From sequence record MH643777.1: 37,011 bases of DNA. One strand, written 5' to 3'. Shown here one piece after another: positions 1 through 8,433 of this stretch. Below the pieces are notes generated by a model that did no database searches, was not told where the DNA came from, and saw only the letters and a list, made by a program, of their open reading frames with translations. Origin of the DNA: Pseudomonas phage YMC12/01/R960. The first letter of the stretch is position 1. Each line of letters begins with the position of its first letter. The translations under genes and the position numbers were made by a program.

Positions 1-54
1 ACTCCGTCTCTACACCGGCCAGCGCCTGCTGCTCGGCTTCGACGGTGTGGGGAG
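1..54 (+). CDS. partial host-like coding sequence (3' end, frame 2), product unknown
   Basis: Frame 2 shows high GC3 codon usage (LRLYTGQRLLLGFDGVGR) and ends at TGA 55-57. Sequence after ~56 becomes AT-richer and non-coding. Confidence 0.3.
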
Positions 55-214
55 GTGACTGTTTTGACACATGCCAAAAGAGGGAGGGATAGGCCAGAGC
101 CCCTATAGCACTAGGGCTCCAGCCGGACAGGCACTGTGGGACAGTTTGGAAAAAATCGATCAGGATTGAGCAAGGACTGCAAAATATTGATCGTTAATTG
201 GCACGGAATGAGCG

Positions 215-925
215 CTAAACCATCCATCGACCAAGCCAGACAACGCGGCCAATGATATCCAAGTCAGAAAGCTGGTCCTTGGGGACGACCATGTCCTTAT
301 ACGCCTTGTTTTCGCTGATGATCGCGATAGAGCCATCGAACTGTCGTTGTAAGCGCTTGGCGTAGAGCTGATCCCCGACCCGAATCACATAGATCGCTTC
401 ATCCCGCACGGTTCTGAGGTCATGGTCGATAACAACGGCGTCGCCATCCGACAGGAGGGGCTCCATGGAGTCGCCCCCGACCCTTACTGCCGACATCCTG
501 GTTGGCTCTAACCCCTTCTTACTCAAGCTGTAGCGCGTAAAGGCAAGCTGCGTAATAACGTGCGCGCCTTCGCTCCAGCTTCCATGTCCCGCGCTGACCC
601 TTGCGTCATACAGGGGGACGTAGACGTATTGGTCCGACCCCGTAGCCTCCCGCTCTTCCGACTTCTGGCTGCCCTCGCCGGTCATAAGCCAGCCCAGGCT
701 CACGCCTGCCGCCTTCGCCAAGGAAATTAGCACTCTCCGGGTGGGTTCCCCGCCTTTCAGGTACCTCTGCAACCCGCCTTGGGAGATTCCAGCATTCCTC
801 GCTAAAGCACTTGCGCTCCCTGCTATAGCGACAATGGAGCGCAGCCTTTCGATGAAAGCAGCGTCATTTTCAGGTTCGGTTGCGGAACTTGAAAGGCTGG
901 CGGTGCGCTCGCTACGCGTTTTCAT
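215..925 (-). CDS. c: prophage repressor: N-terminal HTH, C-terminal LexA/CI-like S24 peptidase domain
   Basis: 236 aa. HTH-like segment ISQGGLQRYLKGGEP. C-terminal GDSMEP (Ser) and AKRL (Lys) match S24 autopeptidase motifs. Leftmost gene, divergent from ner, as in D3112-like phages. Confidence 0.9.
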   Translation of the reverse strand: MKTRSERTASLSSSATEPENDAAFIERLRSIVAIAGSASALARNAGISQGGLQRYLKGGEPTRRVLISLAKAAGVSLGWLMTGEGSQKSEEREATGSDQYVYVPLYDARVSAGHGSWSEGAHVITQLAFTRYSLSKKGLEPTRMSAVRVGGDSMEPLLSDGDAVVIDHDLRTVRDEAIYVIRVGDQLYAKRLQRQFDGSIAIISENKAYKDMVVPKDQLSDLDIIGRVVWLGRWMV

Positions 926-954
926 GTAGACCTAACTATTTGATTTAATTGATA

Positions 955-1040
955 TTAATTCTATAGAGATCGAAAACCACATCCTATAGAACTTGAAAAC
1001 CGCTATAGAGCTTGTTTTTCAACTTCTATAGCGCTATGTT
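955..1040. promoter_or_regulatory. repressor/ner divergent promoter-operator region with four CTATAG palindromic repeats
   Basis: CTATAGAG at 961-968, CTATAGA at 984-990, CTATAGAG at 1003-1010, CTATAG at 1026-1031. Spacing is 23/19/23 bp, each flanked by GAAAAC/GTTTTC-like arms. AT-rich intergenic region between divergent c and ner. Confidence 0.55.
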
Positions 1041-1108
1041 TATGCCCTAAGTCACGTTAGACACCCCTAAAAAACCACCCGGCACGGTGGTTGAGATGGA
1101 ACGTAGGC

Positions 1109-1465
1109 ATGAACAGAACCGAAATACCCCGCGACAACAACGTCCGCTGGGAGTGGATCAAATACCAGCTCCGCGCCAGGGGGTCGTCCCTGGCCGAGGT
1201 GGCCCGCTCCCTCGACGTCTCCAGCCCGGCAGTCAAAAACGCCAAGCTGAATCCCTACCCTCGGGTAGAGCGCGCCATCGCTGCTGTACTCGACCTCAGC
1301 CCCCTGGTGCTGTGGCCTGAGCGCTGGCTCGACGACGAGAATCCGAAGCGGCAACGGCCCAATCGTTCGGAAACCCTCAAGGCATATGACAGTGTCATAT
1401 GCCGATCCGGGAAAAATAACAGATACGCTGACCAAGCGCAGCGTAAAGCCGACGCGGGGGCTTGA
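1109..1465 (+). CDS. ner: Ner-like DNA-binding regulator (Ner/Nlp family)
   Basis: MNRTEIPRDNNVRWEWIKYQLRARGSSLAEVARSLDVSSPAVKNA resembles Mu Ner/Nlp HTH proteins. The track ORF starts at TTG 1091; ATG at 1109 preferred. Confidence 0.8.
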   Translation: MNRTEIPRDNNVRWEWIKYQLRARGSSLAEVARSLDVSSPAVKNAKLNPYPRVERAIAAVLDLSPLVLWPERWLDDENPKRQRPNRSETLKAYDSVICRSGKNNRYADQAQRKADAGA

Positions 1466-1467
1466 AC

Positions 1468-1902
1468 ATGGCCCGCCGCAAAGACGACCGCACCCTGGAC
1501 ATCTTCGATGTTCCGCAGCCAGCTCGCGCTATACCCGGTGAGTGCAACTACGCCGCCCAGGTCAGCGAGCTGGTCAGCGAAATACTGAAGGCCGCCAACC
1601 TCGACCGTTACGAGATTGCCGCCCGCATGTCGCGCCTCTCCGGCGATGACGTGAGCAAGAACATGCTCGACGCCTGGTCGAGTCCCGCCCGAGTTGATCA
1701 CAACTTGCCTTTTTACCGCGCCGCCCTCCTGGAGGACGTCTGCGCGAGCCACCTGCTGACCAACTGGCTGGTCGATGTGCGGGGTGGTCGCGTGGCCTAT
1801 GGCCGAGACGCACTGCTCGCCGAACTGGGCCGCCTGGAGCGGACCCGCGAGGAAGCGGGTCGGCAGGCGCGTGAGCTGAAACGAATCCTGGGGGAGCCGT
1901 GA
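1468..1902 (+). CDS. early hypothetical protein, 144 aa
   Basis: ORF 1462..1902. ATG at 1468 overlaps the ner stop. Early operon position upstream of transposase. Confidence 0.6.
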   Translation: MARRKDDRTLDIFDVPQPARAIPGECNYAAQVSELVSEILKAANLDRYEIAARMSRLSGDDVSKNMLDAWSSPARVDHNLPFYRAALLEDVCASHLLTNWLVDVRGGRVAYGRDALLAELGRLERTREEAGRQARELKRILGEP

Positions 1903-2111
1903 TGACAAACACCGACCTCAAACCGCTGCTCGACAACCTGCGGAACGCCACCGAGTTCTGGAACCTAGTCAAAGAGGCCAGCGCTACGGACGAAAGCACC
2001 GTTCACAACCGTTCCTATCGGGACGCACTGGACTGGCTCGAATCGGCGGCCTTGGCCCTCGGTGACGCCCTGATCGCCCAGCGCAAAGCTGTCGGGGGCG
2101 ACCATGAGTGA
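1902..2111 (+). CDS. early hypothetical protein, 69 aa, immediately upstream of transposase A
   Basis: ATG 1902 overlaps the upstream stop (GTGATGA). Stop overlaps the A start (ATGAGTGA). Helical-looking small protein. Same size and position class as small host-takeover proteins of DMS3-like phages. Confidence 0.55.
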   Translation: MTNTDLKPLLDNLRNATEFWNLVKEASATDESTVHNRSYRDALDWLESAALALGDALIAQRKAVGGDHE

Positions 2112-4176
2112 ATGGTTCTCCGCACAGAAGCTGGCCGGCCTGCCCGGACTGCCTGGCACGGTTCAAGGCATCAATAGTCGCGCCACCCGTGACTCCTGGC
2201 AGCAAAGAAAGCACATGGGTAGAGGCGGTGGGCGTGAATACCACATTTCCAGCCTCCCCGAGGAAACCCGCGCCGCGCTGCTGAACGCCGCCCTGGGCGA
2301 GGTGGCCACCAAGGTGGTCCGCCAGGAGACGCAGCTGGCCCTGGTCGAAACCAACCGCCAGCAGCTGGTCGCCGACGCCCGCCAGGGGGTGCTGCACGCC
2401 CTGGACCTGATGATGGCCCGCACCGGCTACAGCCGGAAACGCTCCATCACCCTGATGCTGGACATGGCGCGCCTCGGCCAGGTCGAGCCGCAGCTGCTCG
2501 CCATGCTCAAGATGGCCCGCGATCCTCGCGGCCGCCCGAGCGCGGATGGCCTGCCGAGCGTGCGTAGCCTGGAGCGCTTCCTGGACCAGGCCGAGCGTGG
2601 CGCCCTGGTGCCGAAGGTCCGCCGCCCGGACATGAGCGTTCCCGACTGGGCGCCTGCCTTCATGACGATCTACCAAGGGCCGGAGAAGCGCAGCGCCCGC
2701 GCTGCCCATGCACTGCTGGAGAAGCACTGGCAGGGGCAAATGCCCAGCCTGGACCAGGTCTATGCGTTCCTGCGCAAGGTCGGCAACGTCAGCCGCGAGG
2801 TCGGGCGCATGGGTGAGCATGAAATCAAGGCGCTGCGCCCGTTCATTCGCCGCGACTTCACCAAGCTACTCCCGACCGACGTCTATTCCTGCGACGGCCA
2901 CACGTTCGACGCCGAGGTCCAGCACCCGATGCACGGCCGGCCCTTCCGGCCGGAAATCACCACCATCATCGACATCCGTACCCGTCGAATTCCGGGATGG
3001 TCCACCGGCCTGGCCGAGTCGGCCCTGGTGGTGGTCGATGCCCTGCGCGACGCCTGCACCAAGGGCGGCATTCCGGCCATCTTCTACGTGGACAACGGCT
3101 CAGGCTACGTAAACCACATGATGCGCGACGAGGCGGTCGGCCTTATGGGCCGCCTGGGCATCGACATGAAAAACAGCCTGCCCTACAACAGCCAGGCGCG
3201 GGGCGTGATTGAGCGCGTCCACCAGAGCCTGTGGATTCGGGCCGCCAAGGAACTGCCCGGCTACATCGGCGCCGACATGGACCGCCAGGCCAAGCTGGCC
3301 ACCTTCAAGCTGACTCGCCGGGCCATTGCCAAGGGCGGCACCATGCCGCTGATGTCTTGGGAATCTTTTGTCGCGTTCTGCGAACAGCAGATTGCCGAGT
3401 ACAACGACCGGCCGCACAGCAGCTTGCCGCGCATCGTTGACCCGAACACCGGTCGTCGCCGGCACATGACCCCCAACGAAGCGTGGGCGCTCCACGAAGC
3501 CGATGGCTTCAGCCCGATGCGGGTCACCGACGACGAGGCCCGGCCGCTGTTCCGACCCCAGGTGCTGCGCACCGTCCGCCGCTGCGAACTGGAGTTCATC
3601 GGCAACCGCTACTTCGCCCGCGAGCTGGAGGAATTCCACGGCGACCAGGTGGCCGTGGGCTACGACATCCACGACGCCAGCCGGGTGTGGGTCTACGACG
3701 GCGAGGGCCGCTTCCTCTGCACAGCAGAGCTGAACGGCAACAGCCGCGACTACATGCCGGCTTCGTATGTCGAGCGTGCCCGCGAGAAACGCGCAGAGGC
3801 CCGCGAGAAGCGCGCCCTGGCGCACCTCGACGAGATTCGCGCCGAGCGTGACGGCGGGTATGCCCTGGAAATGGATGCGCCGCTGTCCATCCCCGGCCTC
3901 GGCACGATCACCCCTGAGCAACTCCGGTCGCGCAGCGCCGCGACCCTCGAAATGCAGGCCGAACGGATCGACGAACCGCGCCCGGCCGCAGCCACCGCCC
4001 AAGCCACCACCGCCCAGGTCTTCACCCTGCCGACCGCTCCCGCCCAGCGCTACCGGCAGTGGTGCGAGCTGGCCGAGCGGCAGCGCTCCGGCCAACCCAT
4101 CGAGCCGGACGCCGCCCAGTGGTTCGAGGTTTACCCCAAATCCAAAGAATTCGCCGCCCAGCAGCGGCAAGCATGA
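2104..4176 (+). CDS. A: DDE transposase A (MuA-like)
   Basis: 690 aa. Follows ner and early genes, with B immediately downstream. Candidate catalytic acidic residues in CDGHTFDAEV and YVDNGSGYVN. Long C-terminal region. Confidence 0.93.
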   Translation: MSEWFSAQKLAGLPGLPGTVQGINSRATRDSWQQRKHMGRGGGREYHISSLPEETRAALLNAALGEVATKVVRQETQLALVETNRQQLVADARQGVLHALDLMMARTGYSRKRSITLMLDMARLGQVEPQLLAMLKMARDPRGRPSADGLPSVRSLERFLDQAERGALVPKVRRPDMSVPDWAPAFMTIYQGPEKRSARAAHALLEKHWQGQMPSLDQVYAFLRKVGNVSREVGRMGEHEIKALRPFIRRDFTKLLPTDVYSCDGHTFDAEVQHPMHGRPFRPEITTIIDIRTRRIPGWSTGLAESALVVVDALRDACTKGGIPAIFYVDNGSGYVNHMMRDEAVGLMGRLGIDMKNSLPYNSQARGVIERVHQSLWIRAAKELPGYIGADMDRQAKLATFKLTRRAIAKGGTMPLMSWESFVAFCEQQIAEYNDRPHSSLPRIVDPNTGRRRHMTPNEAWALHEADGFSPMRVTDDEARPLFRPQVLRTVRRCELEFIGNRYFARELEEFHGDQVAVGYDIHDASRVWVYDGEGRFLCTAELNGNSRDYMPASYVERAREKRAEAREKRALAHLDEIRAERDGGYALEMDAPLSIPGLGTITPEQLRSRSAATLEMQAERIDEPRPAAATAQATTAQVFTLPTAPAQRYRQWCELAERQRSGQPIEPDAAQWFEVYPKSKEFAAQQRQA

Positions 4177-4190
4177 AAGGAGCTGTATTC

Positions 4191-4943
4191 ATGACCACCC
4201 CGAAAACCACCCAACTGGCCAGCGGCATGGCCGACATCGCCAACATCGCCCTTTGCGATATCGCCCTGGAGAAAGCGCTGTCGCGTACCTCAACCTTGCC
4301 CGGCCTGGTCTGCTTCTACGGCCCGTCCGGCTTCGGCAAATCCGTTTCGGCCGCCTGGGTCGCCAATCGCCGCCGCGCCTACTACGTCCAAGCCAAAAGC
4401 GTCTGGACCCGCAAGCACACGCTGAAGTCGATCCTGGGGGAAATGGGCATCAAGCCGGCCGGGACCATCCCGGAAATGGCCGACCAGATCGCCGAGGAAC
4501 TGGCCGCCAGCGGCCGCCCGCTGATCATCGACGAAATGGACCATCTGGTCGCCGCTGGCCAGGTCGAACTGATTCGTGATCTGTACGAGTCCAGCCAAGC
4601 CTCCATCTTGCTGATCGGCGAGGAAATGCTGCCGACCAAGCTCAAGAAGTACGAACGCTTCCATGGCCGCGTTCTCAGCTGGGTTCCGGCCCAGCCAGTG
4701 TCCCTGGAAGACGCCCGCAACCTGGCGCCGGTCTACAGCCCCGGAGTGGCTATCGCTGACGATCTGCTCGCGCACCTGGTGAAGAAATCCCTGGGCTCTG
4801 TCCGTCGCGTCGCGGTGAACCTGGAGCAGTTGGCCGAGGCCGCCACCGTTCAGGGCCGGCGCGAGCTGGAACTGGCCGACCTCCAGCGCCTGAACCTGGA
4901 GCTGTATACCGGCGCGGCCCCGAACCCGAGGACTTCGAAATGA
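4191..4943 (+). CDS. B: transposition ATPase B (MuB-like AAA+)
   Basis: Walker A GPSGFGKS. RBS AAGGAG at 4176-4181 precedes ATG 4191. The track ORF 4059..4943 includes an upstream extension. Confidence 0.9.
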   Translation: MTTPKTTQLASGMADIANIALCDIALEKALSRTSTLPGLVCFYGPSGFGKSVSAAWVANRRRAYYVQAKSVWTRKHTLKSILGEMGIKPAGTIPEMADQIAEELAASGRPLIIDEMDHLVAAGQVELIRDLYESSQASILLIGEEMLPTKLKKYERFHGRVLSWVPAQPVSLEDARNLAPVYSPGVAIADDLLAHLVKKSLGSVRRVAVNLEQLAEAATVQGRRELELADLQRLNLELYTGAAPNPRTSK

Positions 4944-5605
4944 GCCTCGGCAAGAACCCGGCTCACCTCTGCATGGTCGGGGGCAAGAGCCCCCGCCAGC
5001 AGATGTGGGAAGTCATCCGGGCCAACCGCGAAGAGTTCACCGTCTACCGTGTGGCGCGCCGGTCCAATCAGCACGACAAGACCGTCGAGAAGTATGTCGC
5101 CTGCCTGCGCCTGGGCGGCTACGTCGAGGCGATTCGCGGATTCAAGCGCGGCGAAGAGGTCGTTTTCCAGCTGGTCCGCGACAACGGCGTCGAGGCACCG
5201 AACCTGAACGCCGATGGCAAGCCATCCCAGCAGGGATACACCACCGAGGCGGTCTGGCGGACGTTGCGCATCCTCGGTCCAGCGACCCCGGAGCAGATCG
5301 CCGCATCGGTGGCGGCCTCGGGCACGCCCGTGTCGCCCAGCACCGTTCAGCGCTACTTCATCGACCTCCAAAACGCCGGATACCTGACCCGCAACGGCCG
5401 CCACTACGCCCTCAAGCCGGGCCGCTACACCGGTCCACGGCCGCCCATTGTCCAGCGCGAGACGCGCCGTCAGGTCTACGACCCGAACCTGGATCAGGTC
5501 ATGTGGAGTTCGCACGGCGAGTACCAACACAACCGGAGTCGTTCGCGGGGCGCTGCCCAGGCTGGCGTGGCGGATACCGAAGAGAACAACGAATCAGGCG
5601 GCTGA
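4940..5605 (+). CDS. early hypothetical protein, 221 aa
   Basis: ATGA overlap with the B stop. Conserved position after B in D3112-like phages. Confidence 0.7.
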   Translation: MSLGKNPAHLCMVGGKSPRQQMWEVIRANREEFTVYRVARRSNQHDKTVEKYVACLRLGGYVEAIRGFKRGEEVVFQLVRDNGVEAPNLNADGKPSQQGYTTEAVWRTLRILGPATPEQIAASVAASGTPVSPSTVQRYFIDLQNAGYLTRNGRHYALKPGRYTGPRPPIVQRETRRQVYDPNLDQVMWSSHGEYQHNRSRSRGAAQAGVADTEENNESGG

Positions 5606-5676
5606 GGCCCTGATGAAGACGGTGCCGAGGGGTGGCCGCCCCTCGACACCTACCACCACCCGGAAGGAGAGGAGCC

Positions 5677-6312
5677 ATGCAAATGCATGCACAGCAAGGC
5701 GGTAGCGCCGCGAAGGCTAGCACAAGCCACTTTCGCGGCACTACGAACATTGAGGAGTACATCCGCGACATGGCGAGCCGTGGGTTCAGTCGTCGGGCCG
5801 TGAGTAAGGCCCTGGGTATGCAGTCGCGGAAGTTCAAGGAACTCCTGGAACTCCTGCCAGAAATGGACTGGGTGCCTCCTTGTCAGTCGTGGGACCGCCT
5901 GCGCGCTGACCAGGAGAAGAAGGGACGCAAGTGTCCGATGACAGAGGGGCGTCTGCGCTCGATTGTCGCGGCGAGGCGCGCCGCGAGGGCAAAACACACC
6001 CGCTACACCGCGTTTGGTGTAACAGCCACCTTGCCGGAGCTGGTGAGCCAGTTCGGCCAGGTCACCGCCGCCACCGTGCGCATGCGGTTGGCCAAGGGAA
6101 TGCCTCTGGAGCAGGCCCTTGCCTCCGTGCGCAGCGATCCTTGTGGAAGGAAGATCGCTGATAGCCATCCCTGGAAACAGGAGGCGCACCGGGGGGCTAT
6201 CAATCACCTTGAGCGTCAAACCGCTGCAATGCAGGAACGCGTTCAGGGGGAGCGCCTGGACCGAGCGGCCTCACTGCTGAGCCAGGAGGTGCCGCCATGC
6301 GCCGAACACTGA
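5677..6312 (+). CDS. early hypothetical protein, 211 aa
   Basis: Strong RBS GGAAGGAGAGGAG at 5663-5675 precedes ATG 5677. The track ORF starts at GTG 5632. Confidence 0.65.
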   Translation: MQMHAQQGGSAAKASTSHFRGTTNIEEYIRDMASRGFSRRAVSKALGMQSRKFKELLELLPEMDWVPPCQSWDRLRADQEKKGRKCPMTEGRLRSIVAARRAARAKHTRYTAFGVTATLPELVSQFGQVTAATVRMRLAKGMPLEQALASVRSDPCGRKIADSHPWKQEAHRGAINHLERQTAAMQERVQGERLDRAASLLSQEVPPCAEH

Positions 6313-6413
6313 TCCCCATCGGCATCTTCCTGGCCCTCGGCCTGCTACTGGTCCTGGTCGGTGATGCCCTGCTGCCGATCCGTCGCCTCATTGCCTGGCA
6401 GTGGGGGTGCTAA
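6297..6413 (+). CDS. possible 38-aa hydrophobic membrane peptide (MRRTLIPIGIFLALGLLLVLVGDALLPIRRLIAWQWGC)
   Basis: Not in the ORF track because it is under 60 aa. ATG 6297. Single predicted TM helix. Stop TAA overlaps the next ATG (TAATG). Confidence 0.3.
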   Translation: MRRTLIPIGIFLALGLLLVLVGDALLPIRRLIAWQWGC

Positions 6414-6826
6414 TGGACCGCGCAATCGATCTGTCGGCCTGGGGCGAGCGTCCGCCCGTCTTCGTCCAGCTGCTCGCCGCTGAGGTGGCCCGCAGCAGCC
6501 AGACGAAGGCCGGCGAGGCAATCGGCATGAGCCGTTCGACCGTCAGCACCATCCTCGCCAACCGCTACCCGTCGCCCTCGACGATCCGCGTCGAGCGCCG
6601 CGTCCTGGCCGCGCTGAGCCGTATTGAATGCCCGGCCTTGGGCGAGGCGGTGACCTCGGTCGAGTGCAGCGAGTACCTCCAGCGGCCGGCGCCGCTGAAC
6701 AACCCCGTCGCGATGCGCTGCTGGAAAGCGTGCCGCGCCTGTCCACGCAACCCGCATACCGCCCCCATGAAACGAGAGGAACAAGGCCATGAGAACCGCA
6801 TTGCCCTTGAAAGTCTTGACGCCTGA
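6413..6826 (+). CDS. putative HTH DNA-binding protein with Cys-rich C-terminus
   Basis: AGEAIGMSRSTVSTIL is HTH-like. C-terminal CxxC-rich motifs (CWKACRACPRNPH). ATG at 6413 inside track ORF 6401..6826. Confidence 0.6.
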   Translation: MDRAIDLSAWGERPPVFVQLLAAEVARSSQTKAGEAIGMSRSTVSTILANRYPSPSTIRVERRVLAALSRIECPALGEAVTSVECSEYLQRPAPLNNPVAMRCWKACRACPRNPHTAPMKREEQGHENRIALESLDA

Positions 6827-7100
6827 CCTGGCCCGGAGCCTGCGCACCTTCAACGACGCCGCCCGGCTGCTCCAGCGCATGGGGGTCCGCCTTCATCGCC
6901 TGGAGCCGGCAGAGGGGCGCGTGACCATCGCCGCAGATGACGCCCGCCAGCTCTTGGAGAAAGGCTACCTGATGGGCTTCCAGCGCGACGCCTCGGCCGG
7001 CAGCACCCGTTACATCACCCGCTTCCAGGGCATCACCCTGGCCTGGAGCGAACCGATCAGCTACCGCGACTTCGCCGGCAGCAACCCCGTAATTCACTGA
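6789..7100 (+). CDS. early hypothetical protein, 103 aa
   Basis: ATG 6789 preceded by GAGGAACAAGG. Overlaps the upstream gene by 38 nt. Confidence 0.5.
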   Translation: MRTALPLKVLTPDLARSLRTFNDAARLLQRMGVRLHRLEPAEGRVTIAADDARQLLEKGYLMGFQRDASAGSTRYITRFQGITLAWSEPISYRDFAGSNPVIH

Positions 7101-7116
7101 ACAGGAGAACGCCAAC

Positions 7117-7635
7117 ATGGCACCGAAGAAACGTCTGAAATCCGCTGCCGCCGTCTACGTCCCGCAGACCCGCGAACAAGTCATCAGCGATATCAAGAAC
7201 ATCGGCGACCTCCAGCGCGAGCTGGCCCGACTGGAAACCGCAATGAACGATGAAATCGGCCAGATCACCGAGCGCTATTCGGAGCCGGCCGAAGACCTGA
7301 AGAAGCGCCTGGCGGTCCTCCAGGGCGGAGTCCAGTCCTGGTGCGAGGCCAACCGTGCCGAGCTGACCGACAACAACAAGGTCAAGTACGCGAACCTCAC
7401 CACCGGCGAGGTCCAGTGGCGCATCCGTCCCCCGTCCGTGACTGTGCGCGGCGCCGATGCGGTCCTGGAGCTGCTGCGCAGCAAAGGGCTTATCCGCTTC
7501 ATCCGCACCAAGGAAGAGGTGAACAAGGAAGCGATCCTCAACGAACCCGAGGCCGTCCAGGGGCTTCCGGGGCTGACCGTGAACTCCGGCATCGAAGACT
7601 TCGCCATCGTGCCTTTCGAAGCGGAGGTGCAGTAA
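7117..7635 (+). CDS. gam: Gam, Ku-like dsDNA-end-binding host-nuclease inhibitor (Mu Gam homolog)
   Basis: 172 aa. MAPKKRLKSAAAVYVPQTREQVISDIKNIGDLQRELARLE...WCEANRAELTDNNKVKYANLTTGEVQWRIRPPSVTVRGADAVLELL...FIRTKEEVNKEAIL is collinear with recalled Mu Gam. RBS CAGGAGAA. Confidence 0.9.
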   Translation: MAPKKRLKSAAAVYVPQTREQVISDIKNIGDLQRELARLETAMNDEIGQITERYSEPAEDLKKRLAVLQGGVQSWCEANRAELTDNNKVKYANLTTGEVQWRIRPPSVTVRGADAVLELLRSKGLIRFIRTKEEVNKEAILNEPEAVQGLPGLTVNSGIEDFAIVPFEAEVQ

Positions 7636-7838
7636 TGGGCGTCCTGACCGAAATGAAGTGGCCGAAAACCACACTGCTGGACTTGCTGAACGACGCCGAG
7701 CGGCTCGACGTGGACCTGTTCGACGTCGTCCATCTGGAGTTGAACAGCGGCCGGGACTACCTGGTGGCTGTGATCACTGGGGAGAAAGCGGCCAATGCCG
7801 CCGAACTGCTGGAGCGGCTGCGCTCCAAGGACGTGTGA
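7635..7838 (+). CDS. early hypothetical protein, 67 aa
   Basis: TAATG overlap with the gam stop. ATG at 7635 inside track ORF 7341..7838. Confidence 0.5.
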   Translation: MGVLTEMKWPKTTLLDLLNDAERLDVDLFDVVHLELNSGRDYLVAVITGEKAANAAELLERLRSKDV

Positions 7839-7839
7839 C

Positions 7840-8148
7840 ATGGCCCGCAACCGCGCGCAACAGCTGTGCATCGTCACCTTGGACTATCAGCGCTTCCTGT
7901 TACCCCAGGCTGATGCACTCAAGCTGATAGACATCATGAGTCGAGCCGCAGAGGTTCAGGCCGACTACGCCTCTGGAGCTGGGTTCAAGTACACCGTCGG
8001 CGAAGTGCCGGAAGTCGAGTTGACGATAGTACGCCCCAGTCAATTGGTCATGCCGCAGGCCGAGCCGGCCCCAGCTACACCACGCGCTCGCCGGAAGTCT
8101 CCGGCCCAGGTCACGCACGATGCCATTCGGCTGCTGGAGGGGCTCTGA
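7840..8148 (+). CDS. early hypothetical protein, 102 aa
   Basis: ATG 7840 lies 1 nt after the upstream stop. Start is in frame with track ORF 7795..8148. Confidence 0.5.
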   Translation: MARNRAQQLCIVTLDYQRFLLPQADALKLIDIMSRAAEVQADYASGAGFKYTVGEVPEVELTIVRPSQLVMPQAEPAPATPRARRKSPAQVTHDAIRLLEGL

Positions 8149-8150
8149 TC

Positions 8151-8432
8151 ATGACCAAGACGTTCGCCATGTGCCGCATCGACGGCCTGATCGAGCTGCG
8201 GGAGGAACACCCAGGCGAGGGCTACTTCGCCCTTGCCGTGGGCGACTTGGCCAGCGTGCGGGCGGCGGTCTTTGCAACCGCTGAGCCGCACCAGGTCGGC
8301 AAGAAAGTCGCCCGGCGCGTGCCGGGTGTGAGCCCCGACGCCACCGACCGCGAAAACCTGGGCTCCATCGCCCGCTACATCCAGACCCTGGGCCAGCAGG
8401 ATCGGCCCGGCTTCCGTGCGCTGGGGGTGTGA
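8151..8432 (+). CDS. early hypothetical protein, 93 aa
   Basis: ATG start. Tightly packed in the early operon. Confidence 0.55.
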   Translation: MTKTFAMCRIDGLIELREEHPGEGYFALAVGDLASVRAAVFATAEPHQVGKKVARRVPGVSPDATDRENLGSIARYIQTLGQQDRPGFRALGV

Positions 8433-8433
8433 A

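Noticed and set aside
6-10. Candidate 5-bp target-site duplication gtctc (6-10 and 36741-36745)
   Set aside because: It would place the phage left end at position 11, inside coding-like sequence and not starting with TG. A 5-mer match at this search size is expected by chance.
3100-4170. 356-aa minus-strand ORF inside transposase A
   Set aside because: It is entirely antisense to the DDE transposase gene. This is a GC-rich antisense artefact.
4059-4190. Upstream extension of the B gene ORF (track start 4059)
   Set aside because: The extension overlaps the end of A in another frame. ATG 4191 has a canonical AAGGAG RBS and gives a normal MuB-like N-terminus.
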